Shown piece by piece: positions 50,117-60,340 of a stretch of 64,000 bases of DNA; position 1 is the first letter of the stretch; each line of letters opens with the position of its first letter. The notes under the pieces were generated by a model. That model made no database searches and was not told the DNA's origin. It was given only the letters and a program-made list of their open reading frames with translations. The DNA lies in the NCBI GenBank assembly GCA_905178155.1, contig CAJINV010000001.1, forward strand, positions 9,569,865-9,633,864, in the 5' to 3' direction. The translations under genes and the position numbers were made by a program. This stretch comes from Amoebophrya sp. A120 (Eukaryota; Protista; Dinoflagellata).

Positions 50117-51058
50117 TTTATCGTGTCGACGTTGCAACAAAGGACACCAGTCGTAGTGGTTTGGAAAAAACTATGAGACACGCTCCAGAGAAGTCCCAGC
50201 CAACCTCGATGCGTTATGCCAAGAACCAGAATCGTCAGGTTTGCTTAGGGTGCCTCTGCAACTCCTACTACACGACAGTGACAAATTGAGAAACTTCTAC
50301 TCCGTCTCCACGAAAACCCAACAGCTGGGCCTGTGCGAGCGATCGCGACGGTGTCTCTTTCCCTCTCCGACTGCGACTGCGACTCCGACTACGATCGGTT
50401 CGGGTACGAATACAATTACACTCAGCGACGATGAAAGAGAAAGGCGCACGAAGCGACGACGTGCGTAACAAAATTACGGTTCTGTGAGAACCAAATTTGG
50501 CGGTACTAGCTCTGGTCGCTTCATCATGCGACCGACGGCATCTACAGAATCAATTTCAATGAATTTGCGACGAAACAATCATCAATCTCTACATGAGGGA
50601 GCTCAATCCATCGCGCGGGGTCACTGTTAGGCATAATGTACAGCGGCACGCTCATTGACTTTTGTACAGTACTAAACCACAGGTGTAAGGTACATTTTTG
50701 GGTACTGCTAGGTAGTTCGTTCTTCTATCTGAATGTTGTTGTATACGAAAAACTGCTCTTTCGCTTTTGGTTCGTTGACTAAAAATGGGCATCAAGTGTG
50801 CGTCTACTTTATCCTACATTTTCAAGGTGCTTACAACTTTGATGCTAGCTATCATGACAGAATTGAAAATCCATGCTAAACCGGTGTTGGTCAAAACATT
50901 TGGTGTTTCCGTTAGGGACACAGAGTTCATTTGAAATCCAAAACACGCAGTTTGATATGGTTTCTAGCGTCTACTCAGCGAGAGCGATTGCACAACCTGC
51001 GGTGTTTTGGCTTACCTCGTTTCCTTTGTCGTCCTCGTCTGGCGACGTACTGCACTGA

Positions 51059-53705
51059 CTACAGAAACGACTGACTCGACTGGGTTAACTTTTTTCTCGT
51101 TCTCATTGCTCGTCGCTCCTCCAGCGTTGGTGGGAGCGGCCCGCGCAGCTCGTGCTTGTCCAGCATGGGACTTGGTGGCTGGTGCGATAAGCTCACGTGG
51201 TCGTCGCCGAGAACGTTCGGCCGCGGCAGCATCTCCCCGGATTTCTGCTTGCGGTGCATTTCCTTCATCAACGAGTCCGCCTGCGCGACCACGCCCATGC
51301 AGATCCGATCCAGCTTACTTATCTTCTCGCCGCTTTCCAAAACTTTGTCTTCTATCTGCACGAGCAGCCGCCCGAGCTTGTCTATTTGCGTCTCCGCGTC
51401 TAGCATATCTCGGGAGAGGCATGGACCTGAGAGTTTTTTGCGACTTTTTTTTTGTGGTAGGATGAGAAAATCTCTTTTCCAAATTCTGTCTGAATCTAGA
51501 ATTGCACCGCAGCACTTGGAACTCACAAGCACATAGTCATGTACATGTCCCATGATAAAAGTTCTTGCGACAAAAGCACGATGAACAAAGCAAGTATACC
51601 TTTTAGCCTGCTGCAGGCTATGATGAACTCGTCTGCTTCGACCTCCCCGGAATTGTCCGTGTCTACCATGGTGAAAAAGTCCTCGGGGCTATCCACCGGG
51701 AACCCGATGGAATCTAATCTCGCTCGCAACTCTGGGTGCTCCACGGCGTTCTTCAACTCGTCAAGCGACAGAGACCCGCTACCGTCCTCATCCAGCTTCG
51801 CAAAGGCGTCCTTGAGTAACTCGATGAGAATTTTCTTTGCCTTTGCGTCCTTCTTGTTTTGCACGGAACTGTTCTCTTCCTGAAGCTGGAGGATGGAGTT
51901 CACGATAATGCCGATGATCATCGACATGAAACCGTATGTCGTCACCATCATGAAGCAGGGCACGATGATCTGTTTTTTTGGTTCAGTAACAGTACTACGC
52001 TTGTCCTCGATTTAAATGACCCAAGCAGCCGTGTCATGTGTTTGGCTGAGAGTTAGATAGAGAGATTCAGATTGAATACCTCACAAGGATGTAGCAATCC
52101 CTTCAAAATCAAACACAAAGCAACGCGCGCAGCTACCACAGCTCAGCAACATGCAGGTCCAATCAAACAAAGGTGAAGGTCATCATCGTTGACAAAATCA
52201 AAACGAAAAAGAAAATGAAAAAGAAAACACATACAAATGCCCAGGGCTGCAGCTCTCCTATGTGTCGTGTGATTTGCTCCGACCATTTATCCCTCGTTAC
52301 CACTTGGAACATGGTGAAGCAGGCAAGCAGCACGTTGGCGAAGTATTCTTCGTGGTCCCAGCCGGTCTTCAGGTAGTAGTTATTGTACTCTTCGTCGTTC
52401 TGGCCGACTTGCAGCACCATGAGAATGCCCATCACGTACATCAGGAGAAAGACGACCACGAACATATCAAATGCAAAAATGTCTGGGTCTGGAAGATTGC
52501 GAGATTTGTCATGCTTGTCTGGCATGACCAAAAAGTTTGCGATGCGTATTCAAGAAGAGACTCTTTTGCCTGTCTCGAAAGTTTTGTCATGCGAAAAACG
52601 CAACACAAAGAAGCGCAGATATTTCTCATGCTTGGCTGTGCATTACAGAGCACTCATTATACCCAACGCAGCATTACAAGTTTCCAGACCCAGACATTTT
52701 TGCAATCCATAGAACACCCAAAGAAGCGTTTTCAGCGAATCGCCGATGCCGCGGGACATCAACACAAGCGACGTAAAAACGGTCGTCTTCCCCTGCTGCA
52801 GCATCCGCTTGTGGTACAAGATCACAAAATTTGTGCTGTTTTTTTTTATAATTCTAATTGATGTCACTCGACGAATGTGAAATCATATTCCTTTCAACTA
52901 CTACATCGAAATCCAGATGATCCAGCAGAAAACGAAGTAACAAAGATATACACATACTACATTTGAAAAGAGCATTCTCAAAAAAAGGTGATACGCTCGA
53001 ACCCATGGGCGCAACATCGGCAAAACGCCGAATACATGCCAAAAGCCGGCGGCGTTGATGTAAAGGCTCGTCGTGAGAAAGATGCACAGGTAGAAAAAGC
53101 TGCCCATTGTGATGAAAAATTCCAGCAAGTTTATCTCGTCCTTCAAGTGGTTCCAGAACCCCGCGCACCAGCTCCGCATCCCAATGTCTATGAGAAACAA
53201 GGCGAAAAACGTCACATGCACCCACCACCTGAAGAATTTGATGTTGACGTGTAGTTTGACTACATTAGTAGTTTAGGGACACCAACGCCAACCACATTCC
53301 ACATCGGTTTTCAACAAGGAAACGTCACATGCACATAGCGATAACAGCTGTACTCCTACTCGTCTTTAAGAAGGCCAAACAAAAAGGTAGCGAATTATCA
53401 AGTGAAAAGCCGGTGTACTTTGTCCTGTCGTGGTGGAAAGATGAGTAGGGCTCCCCAGGTTTTTTCGCAAACCGGTCCTCTGCCTCGGATCCTACGTAAC
53501 CCATGATGAACAAGCGCGCAATCATGCCACAGAACTCGTATAAAAGCCAGTAGTCGTGCTCCAGCACGCCACCGTGAAAAATGATGGGTTCGCTGACCAG
53601 CTTGTCACTGCTGGCCTGGCTCTGGGCCATCTTCTCGATTTCGGCATCCTCGGCCGCCTCCTCCTTCTTGCGCTGGGCGCTGGCATCGCTTTCGTTGTCC
53701 GCCAT
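51059..53705 (-). CDS. Single-domain 6TM voltage-gated-like cation channel with two C-terminal EF-hands, paralog 1 (degenerate S4, filter TRDKW)
   Basis: Spliced peptides: FFALFLIDIGMR..EINLLEFFIT (S2/S3), SLKTLLWVFVVVFLLMYVMGI (S5), WDHEEYFANVLLACFTMFQVVTRDKWSEQITRHI (pore), YGFMSMIIGIIVNSIL (S6), and EF-hands DEDGSGSLSLDE and DTDNSGEVEADE. Confidence 0.85.
52465..52711. mobile_element. TIR MITE/introner, family A copy 2 (247 bp), within the S5 coding region of channel paralog 1
   Basis: Ends TATCAAATGCAAAAATGTCTGGGTCTGGAA and (reverse complement) TATGGATTGCAAAAATGTCTGGGTCTGGAA; 5-bp TSD GAACA (52460-52464, 52712-52716). Its tips are in the opposite orientation to copy 1. Confidence 0.92.
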
Positions 53706-54413
53706 AGTAAATGGAGAGTGGAGATAATGTGCTCGTCAGCGAGAAATGTGGCTGCTGGCAAGGTGCGTGATCGATCGATCAAGCAAAGACGTGAAACAAA
53801 AAGAAAAGGTTCCTGGCGCGTCTATGTGCTGTGTATGTAAACAGTGGTGCGCACCCTCTCGCCGTCGTCGTTACGCGAATGTGCCACTCACCACCCTAGG
53901 ATCGGCGCATCATATCTCGACTTCGGCAGCCATCATTCAGGGAGCCAGTGACTTTCTAATGTGTGCCTAAACTATCTAAAATAAAACAATCGTAGTTCCA
54001 ACGCTTTTATTTCCTGCTCGCTTCGTTGATCCACATAGTACAGTATTCCGATGAAGTTCAAGTTGTCCGGAGCTGTTGCTGTATAGCACGCCAACGAAAA
54101 CGAAATCGAAAGACACCGCTCAGTACAAAGGAAACTTAATCTCTCCCGCTTACGATAGCGAAAAAAACCCACTCACACGAGAATCGCAGAAATGCCGCGC
54201 GAGCCGCTTGCAGTGAAATACAAAAAATACTCGCCCTCTTTCCTGGTCTCCAACGAGAGACGATTCTTGGGCAACACAGATCCGAACCGATCAAGATCAT
54301 GTTCAATCCAATGGATTGGGATTCACGTCGTACTTACTTTCAAACCTCATCGTCTCATTTTTACGCCATCCAGTTTGGCCACACCAGACGATCTTTCGGG
54401 AAGAGCCTTTCTT

Positions 54414-55385
54414 TCATTCTGGTGCGAGCAGAAAAGCTCGCAGAACTGCGCCACATTCTGCGTTCCTCATGTCAGGGACAGCATGCGTCCCATCGTGATA
54501 AAAAAACTCAGGCGTGGCGAAAAGCCGCGCCACCTCTTCCTGCTGTGTCGGCAGCACCCTGGTATCCCGCTTTCCGATAATGTGCAGCGAACGCAGCTGC
54601 AGACCGGATTCTGTGTTCTCGTTTTCAAGTGTATACTGCGCTCCCCGCCAGGGTGATGCGCCGATAAGGACAAAGTGTGGTGGACGTTGCCAAAGTATCT
54701 GAAATAGTGCTATTGCCGATTGAGATGCGTAGTCCATCAAGCCTTTTAAGTTTCGCTGGCCAAACAGAGTTGAAGCATGATTCTCGTCTCCTGTCCGTGA
54801 TGTGTTCGATTCTGCATAGAGACTCGAGAGCGCTCTCCGGGCAGCTTCATCGCGTACTTCTTCGGTGATTGCGACTAGCAATTCTGACTCGTGTTCAGAA
54901 TAACAAGTGCCTTTCCTGTCATCTGTGCAGTTGAAGTATTTCGCAAGCTCCTCCTTTACAACGCCGCGGACCCAAGATGCGGCTCTGTGGGTTATTTCAT
55001 CCGCTTCCGAGGACTTCTTCCCAATGTCAGCCATTAATGCGAGCATACCCGCAGCGCAACCCCCCTGAGAAAACCCCAAGATTGCATCGAAAGGCTCATG
55101 CTGCTGTTGTAAAAAGTCCACCAGCGCGGGCACTGTAACAGTCCACCAACAAAGATAGTCTTGGTCTGATTCAAAATTGTCCCAGCGATCCGATGGAAGG
55201 AACCAGCAGCGCGCGTCGACTCGATCTGAATCGCCACGTGGAGGCAACACCAGAGGCGCGGAGAAAAATTCAAATTTTGCATCGCCCTGAAAGGCATCGA
55301 CTATCTTCGCCATGCGCCGTTCAAAGACCTCTGCGTTCTGTGCCCAGCCGTGCAGACAGAGTACTCTCGGTACTGGAGGTGACAT
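54414..55385 (-). CDS. FSH1/OVCA2-family serine hydrolase
   Basis: RVLCLHGWAQN, FDAILGFSQGG (nucleophile Ser), LHIIGKRD (Asp), HDGTHAVP (His); an insert of over 100 aa follows the nucleophile helix. Confidence 0.88.
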   Translation of the reverse strand: MSPPVPRVLCLHGWAQNAEVFERRMAKIVDAFQGDAKFEFFSAPLVLPPRGDSDRVDARCWFLPSDRWDNFESDQDYLCWWTVTVPALVDFLQQQHEPFDAILGFSQGGCAAGMLALMADIGKKSSEADEITHRAASWVRGVVKEELAKYFNCTDDRKGTCYSEHESELLVAITEEVRDEAARRALSSLYAESNTSRTGDENHASTLFGQRNLKGLMDYASQSAIALFQILWQRPPHFVLIGASPWRGAQYTLENENTESGLQLRSLHIIGKRDTRVLPTQQEEVARLFATPEFFYHDGTHAVPDMRNAECGAVLRAFLLAPE

Positions 55386-56701
55386 GATGGTGCGCCAGAT
55401 TCTGATTTGCGATCACGTCCATGATACTTGTTCCATGGCTTTGCCTTTCATGTGTCGATCTCCTATCGATCTAGTTGCGAGAACGATCGACCTTCTTCCC
55501 GCGGCCCACCCAAGCGACTCCGATATAACACCCCAGGCTCCGGCTCCGGGTCGGTGTCTCTATTGATGAATTCCCTCTTACTACACTACCACTGGGAAAT
55601 CATGATAATTGGAACAGACTTGGTTGAAATTTCCGAAGATTCGGAAATGTTGTACACACTTACAAGCAAGAGTAAGTTGCGTGCCTAGTTCCGCCTCCGA
55701 AACCCGATCTGATTTATTTGGTCGCTGTGAGTTCGACTTCGTTAAATTCATCAATACAAAGGTTCATCTTCTTGAAAATCATTTGTTATCCACATCGAGT
55801 TCTGCTGCCCAGATACTCGGTATCACATACTTTGTGCATTTCGTTTGCAAGGCATTAACACAGTTAGTACAGTGTGACTATCATCAACTCTATCCATAAA
55901 TAGTAAATTGCACGGAGTGTGTGAGATCAGTAATTTCAGTTTGAAGGCCTGAACTAAAAATCCTACGCTGAAGTTCTGCTTTTGGCGGTCCACAAATGAC
56001 GGGAAGAACTCCCATCGGCATCACGGTTAAGCATTGACACAGAAACGAAAACCACAACGAGCTAGAAGTAAGGAAATGGCAAATCACTCACTAATATTTT
56101 TGCCGGGCTCCGGCGAGTTGTCACTAGATACATAGATATCGGTCACGAATATTGAGTTGATGGGTGGGAAGAAAAAATCAGTTCAGGCAGTACTTTCCGG
56201 TACTATACAAGTTGGGTGAAATTTAGAGAAAGAGGAAGAGCATAGAACGTACACTGTGCAGTGAAATTGAGTTTGCACTGGTTTTTTAAACTGGTGAACT
56301 GATGCTACATACTCTGGCACCGTTACCAGTCGCACTACACTCCCAGTAGCAGCAGAATCGGTTACTTTTCATGAGACGCTGCCGCCGTAGCACAACTAAC
56401 GGCAACGTCTTCGGCTGTACGCATCCCCGTGTGGCGCACAGGTCGGTACTGCAAGAATGAAAACCTACTTTGAATTCTTACTCTGTTGGCAACTCTTGCT
56501 GGTTGCACCGTACTACTTCGCATTTCACGCTTTGACACTGAATTAAAACTTTTCTAGGTTGTTTGTCTAGGTTGTTAGTTGAAAGAAAGAAAAAATCTCT
56601 GTAAGGGATTCGAAGCTCTTCGAGACTGTGTATTACAACAGTCATTCTTGTCATTCACTTTGATAGATGTTTGCACCGACGGTGCATCTCGTCAAGCTCA
56701 A

Positions 56702-59485
56702 CTAGTCGATGTCGATCTTCATACGCATCATGCGGTTGAAAACCTTGGGGTCCGCGAACATGTCGTCGGCCTGTCGCACCATGGTCTCGGTCTTCAGGTC
56801 CAGCTGTTGGGTGCGCTGCTGGATTTGCAGAATTCGGTCCTCCAGCCCCATCAAGTCGCGGCCGAGGGAGGAGGCTGCAATCAGCACTTCCAGGATGTCC
56901 TTTGACTGCGCTTGCCCGGAGAGTCGCATGCAACCCTTGATGAAGGCGTCAATCAGAAGCTCGCCCTCCCCGTCCACATCGATCAGATTGAAGACCTGAG
57001 ACGACACAAGGTCAAGGTGGGAAGTAGTAGATCTTCACACGATGCGGTCTTCGTATTTTTGACCATCGATCAACGACGAGGAGAACAGCCAACGCATCGC
57101 AACTCGGAAGTAGAACAATCATATTGGAAGATAGAAGAAAAAAAACATTCGATGCAATAGTACCCTCTCCGGATCGTCTAGTGGGAAGTCGATCATTTTC
57201 AATCGTGTTGCGACTTCTGGGTTTTTATCAAATGTAAAAGTGTCTGGGTCTGGAAGAATGCAACTTGTGATGCTGAATTTGGATTCCAAAAAAACCTGTA
57301 TTGCATGAGCGGCAACGGGAGTGTAATTGTTGCTACGCGGAGAGGGCATTTGTCATGCGGAATAGGCATCGCGAGGCCCTCAAAAAATCTGTGATGCTAA
57401 GGCATCCATTACAGACATCAGGAGTCATGCAAAACGTGCATGACAAACCTGGCAATCTTCCAGACCCAGACATTTTTACATTTGATAGTTTTCCATGGCG
57501 CGCTTCAGTTCTTCTATTGACAGCGATCCGGATCCGTCTTCGTCGATTTGCTCGAAGGCTGCTCTTATGTGCTGCAGCGCACGTTTTCTGTCTTCCTGCT
57601 TTTTCTTCAAAATGACGACGTTGTTGAACTTCGCCACGGCTAGCGTTGACTCCACGATCACTCCAACGACTAGGTTGAGAAGCCCATAGCTCGCGAACCT
57701 GTTTTACAGTAACAGTACTTGGCTGTGTCAGACTCAGATTTTTTGTCTTTATTTCCGACGTATCCACGATGCAGAATTCGACAAAACATTGCGTATAAAA
57801 TTTGGAGCACTTCTGCCACACTGATTCGGAAATCGAAATTGATAAATCAAAAAGCAAGAAGTGCAAAATCAAATTATACAGAACGAACGCCAGAAAGAAC
57901 CAGACCATGCTTGGCTGTACTTGAAGGATATGTCTTGCGACGTTTTCTGACCACCCGTCAAGGGTGCACACCTGATTTTTCATTCATCCTTTCAAAAAGT
58001 ACTTACATCTAGAAAAAAGTGAGTTGTGCAAGCCATCAGCATGAACATGTAAGCATTGCGCAGATACAAACTTGGGTTGTATTTTTGAAGCCTGTCTATA
58101 CCTGAAAGAGCGTAAACATGGACTTGAATATGTTTCCGAAATATTCTTCGTGGTCCCATCCCTTTTTCATGAAATAGGGGTTGAAATTGATGTCGTCGTG
58201 CCCTATTATCAACGTCATGTAGATGGCGCAGGTCTGTTTTGTGTTTTTTTGCATCGATCTTATTTGAACATAAAACAAATATGATTTTCTGTGTTGCAGG
58301 TTAGCGTTAGTCATTAACGGAGGCGGAAAAAAGCACAACATCCACATGATCATTCACATTCATCCAGAAAAACCAAAAGCAAATACGTAGAGCATGATGA
58401 AGAGCATCACGGCGACCCAGAAGAGCGTTCGCATCGCGTTTGACAGACCCGATACTAACAGGAAAAGCTGGTGGAAGACTTTCAGGATCTTGATGATTCG
58501 TACTAACCTGTTATTTGCGTTGATTTTTCGTGAAATTGTTCGCATGATTCCTATTTTGCTTCTAAAGACCAAGACGACCCGTCCCCTAATATTTTGCTTC
58601 TAAAGACGCGCTCACCTGCTCCGGGCCCTTGTATCAATCTCGCTACCGCTCCCACGGCCGGAGGTAGCAACTCGTTGTTCATTCAACCAACTACATTTTT
58701 CACATTCTCATTCTATAATTAATCGAGTTTGTAGTTTCGACCTTCGAAAAAATGAACGTCGCAGTACCTCAATATCCTGATCACACGGAAAACTGTCAAG
58801 GCTCGGAAACTGCCGCCGCCGGATGCTGGCTGCATGACCCAGGTGTCTACCACGTTGAGTACCACTAAAACGAAATCGATCCAATTCTGGAACGACGTGA
58901 AAAACATGAGTTTCTTGTAGGTGAGCCGCGCCAACAACTCAAAGAGGAAAATCACCAGAAACAGGTTCTCCACCACGTACCACTCCAGGCGGTCGCTGAT
59001 CTGGGTCTTCCCTTCCAGCGTATTTTGCTTCTGGTCGTCGGCTTCTATCCCGATTGTAATGCTGTTCGCGACGATGCACGCACCAATGAAGAGCGAAAAG
59101 TTCTGTCTCTCGACCTAAAATTTAAATTTTTCAACAAAATCATAAAAATTGCAATTGCTACATGAACATGTTCGCATCAGCACTACAACGGGAATGAAAT
59201 CTTTCAAATGTCAAGTGTGTAATCGAGATGAACGAGCGCGGCGAAACAATCATTGACTCGACGTCACACACAACATCAAAAAATTACCCATGGCTGCGAG
59301 TCAATTGACTCGTCTTCGTTATTTTCTTGTTCTTCTTCTCGGATCTGCCTCAAGGTCTCCAAGACCTCGTCTTCGTCGCCGGGCTTTTTCTTCGGCTGGC
59401 CATCTTCTGGCGTGCCCTCCGGATCGCCCTCCGCTGGAGCTGCCGCCCCTTCCGCTGGCGTCGGCGGCTTGCCGTTACTCGCCAT
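56702..59485 (-). CDS. Single-domain 6TM voltage-gated cation channel with two C-terminal EF-hand-like motifs, paralog 2 (intact S4, filter TLDGW)
   Basis: Spliced: FSLFIGACIVANSITIGIEAD (S1), VENLFLVIFLFELLAR (S2), NWIDFVLV (S3), FRALTVFRVIRILRLVRIIKILK (S4), FTLFQVCTLDGWSENVARHI (pore), YGLLNLVVGVIVESTL (S6), DEDGSGSLSIEE and DVDGEGELLIDA. Five or more GT-AG introns plus one TIR element. Confidence 0.9.
57226..57487. mobile_element. TIR MITE/introner, family A copy 3 (262 bp), between the EF-hands of channel paralog 2
   Basis: Ends TATCAAATGTAAAAGTGTCTGGGTCTGGAAG and (reverse complement) TATCAAATGTAAAAATGTCTGGGTCTGGAAG; 5-bp TSD GTTTT (57221-57225, 57488-57492). Removal gives KRAMENPEVATRLKMIDFP, collinear with paralog 1 KNAVEHPELRARLDSIGFP. 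Confidence 0.92.
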
Positions 59486-60028
59486 TTCTTTGCTGTTGCT
59501 AATGGTAATCCGTGCTTCTGGTGACGGTTGTCGCTTGTTTCAATCGTACTCCGTGAAAGAGGTTGCCGCTCTTCTTCAAATCAAAATACCGGCAGCACGT
59601 CGAGCAAACCGGTCCTCTGCCTTGTTCGTGGTAACAGCGAACTTGCGATACGATCTGAGTAGGACGGACCTCCGTGGCTTCTTCCCGCCGATTCAGCTAT
59701 TCTTGAGGCGTTGGTTGCACGTCGTCTCGACTGAAAAAATTCTTTGTCTGAAACCTACAGCGTTTTCGCCGTGATCACTCTTTGGTCGATGGTCGTGCAA
59801 GAAAGAATGAACTCTTTGTGAAACTGTAGCAGGTGAAGAGACCGGGTAGGAGGCTGCGCTACTGCTCGGCTTTCCGCGGAGAAAATCTTGCCTTTCTACG
59901 GTAAGCTGGAACGAAAAATCAAGAGCGACACCGTACGATTTCGCCGGACGTGCTTAAGCGAGACGCTTGTCTTCACCTTCAGCCTCCCGAACGTGCTGGC
60001 CTCCTGTCGCTCCTCCTGTGTGTCGATG

Positions 60029-60340
60029 CTAATGCTGCAAGAAGCGCAAATTAGCAAGCCGGAAAAAAAATCCGCAAACTGTTCCGTGCCGATCTTCCTG
60101 GGGGCAAGCTGTCGCGGTCGCCACGCCGCTAATAAAACAAAAACGCAAAGACGGCGACCCGTGAATTTCTTGTAGCCGCGATTCGGAAGCCACCCAGAGG
60201 ACGTAGTTGAAGATACAGCTATCACACTTCGTCTGACTTCTCAACCAGGCCGCGGCTGCATCTTCACAACTTGCGTGGTACCGCAAGTTCGCGCACTCTG
60301 GTACGAGCGCAATCGTGTCAGAGTCTTCATTGTGCTTCAC
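60029..60340 (-). CDS. Possible exon with a partial RING-variant-like motif
   Basis: ECANLRYHASC...WLRSQTKCDSCIFNY resembles the C-terminal half of a RINGv finger; the rest of the gene was not resolved. Confidence 0.25.
   Translation of the reverse strand: MKHNEDSDTIALVPECANLRYHASCEDAAAAWLRSQTKCDSCIFNYVLWVASESRLQEIHGSPSLRFCFISGVATATACPQEDRHGTVCGFFFRLANLRFLQH

Noticed and set aside
52465-52711. Cryptic GT (AAAAAT|GTCTGG) and AG (CCCAG|) inside family A TIRs could give in-frame canonical splicing that retains 39 nt
   Set aside because: This would insert 13 aa into the S5 helix and break the alignment with the paralog. In copy A3 the retained piece contains an in-frame TAA. Not excluded without RNA data, but disfavoured.
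58552-58607. 18-bp direct repeat TATTTTGCTTCTAAAGAC twice with a 20-nt spacer (and a 12-bp repeat near 61180/61290) as a CRISPR-like array
   Set aside because: Only two copies, intronic or intergenic in a eukaryotic context, with no cas genes; best explained as local duplication.
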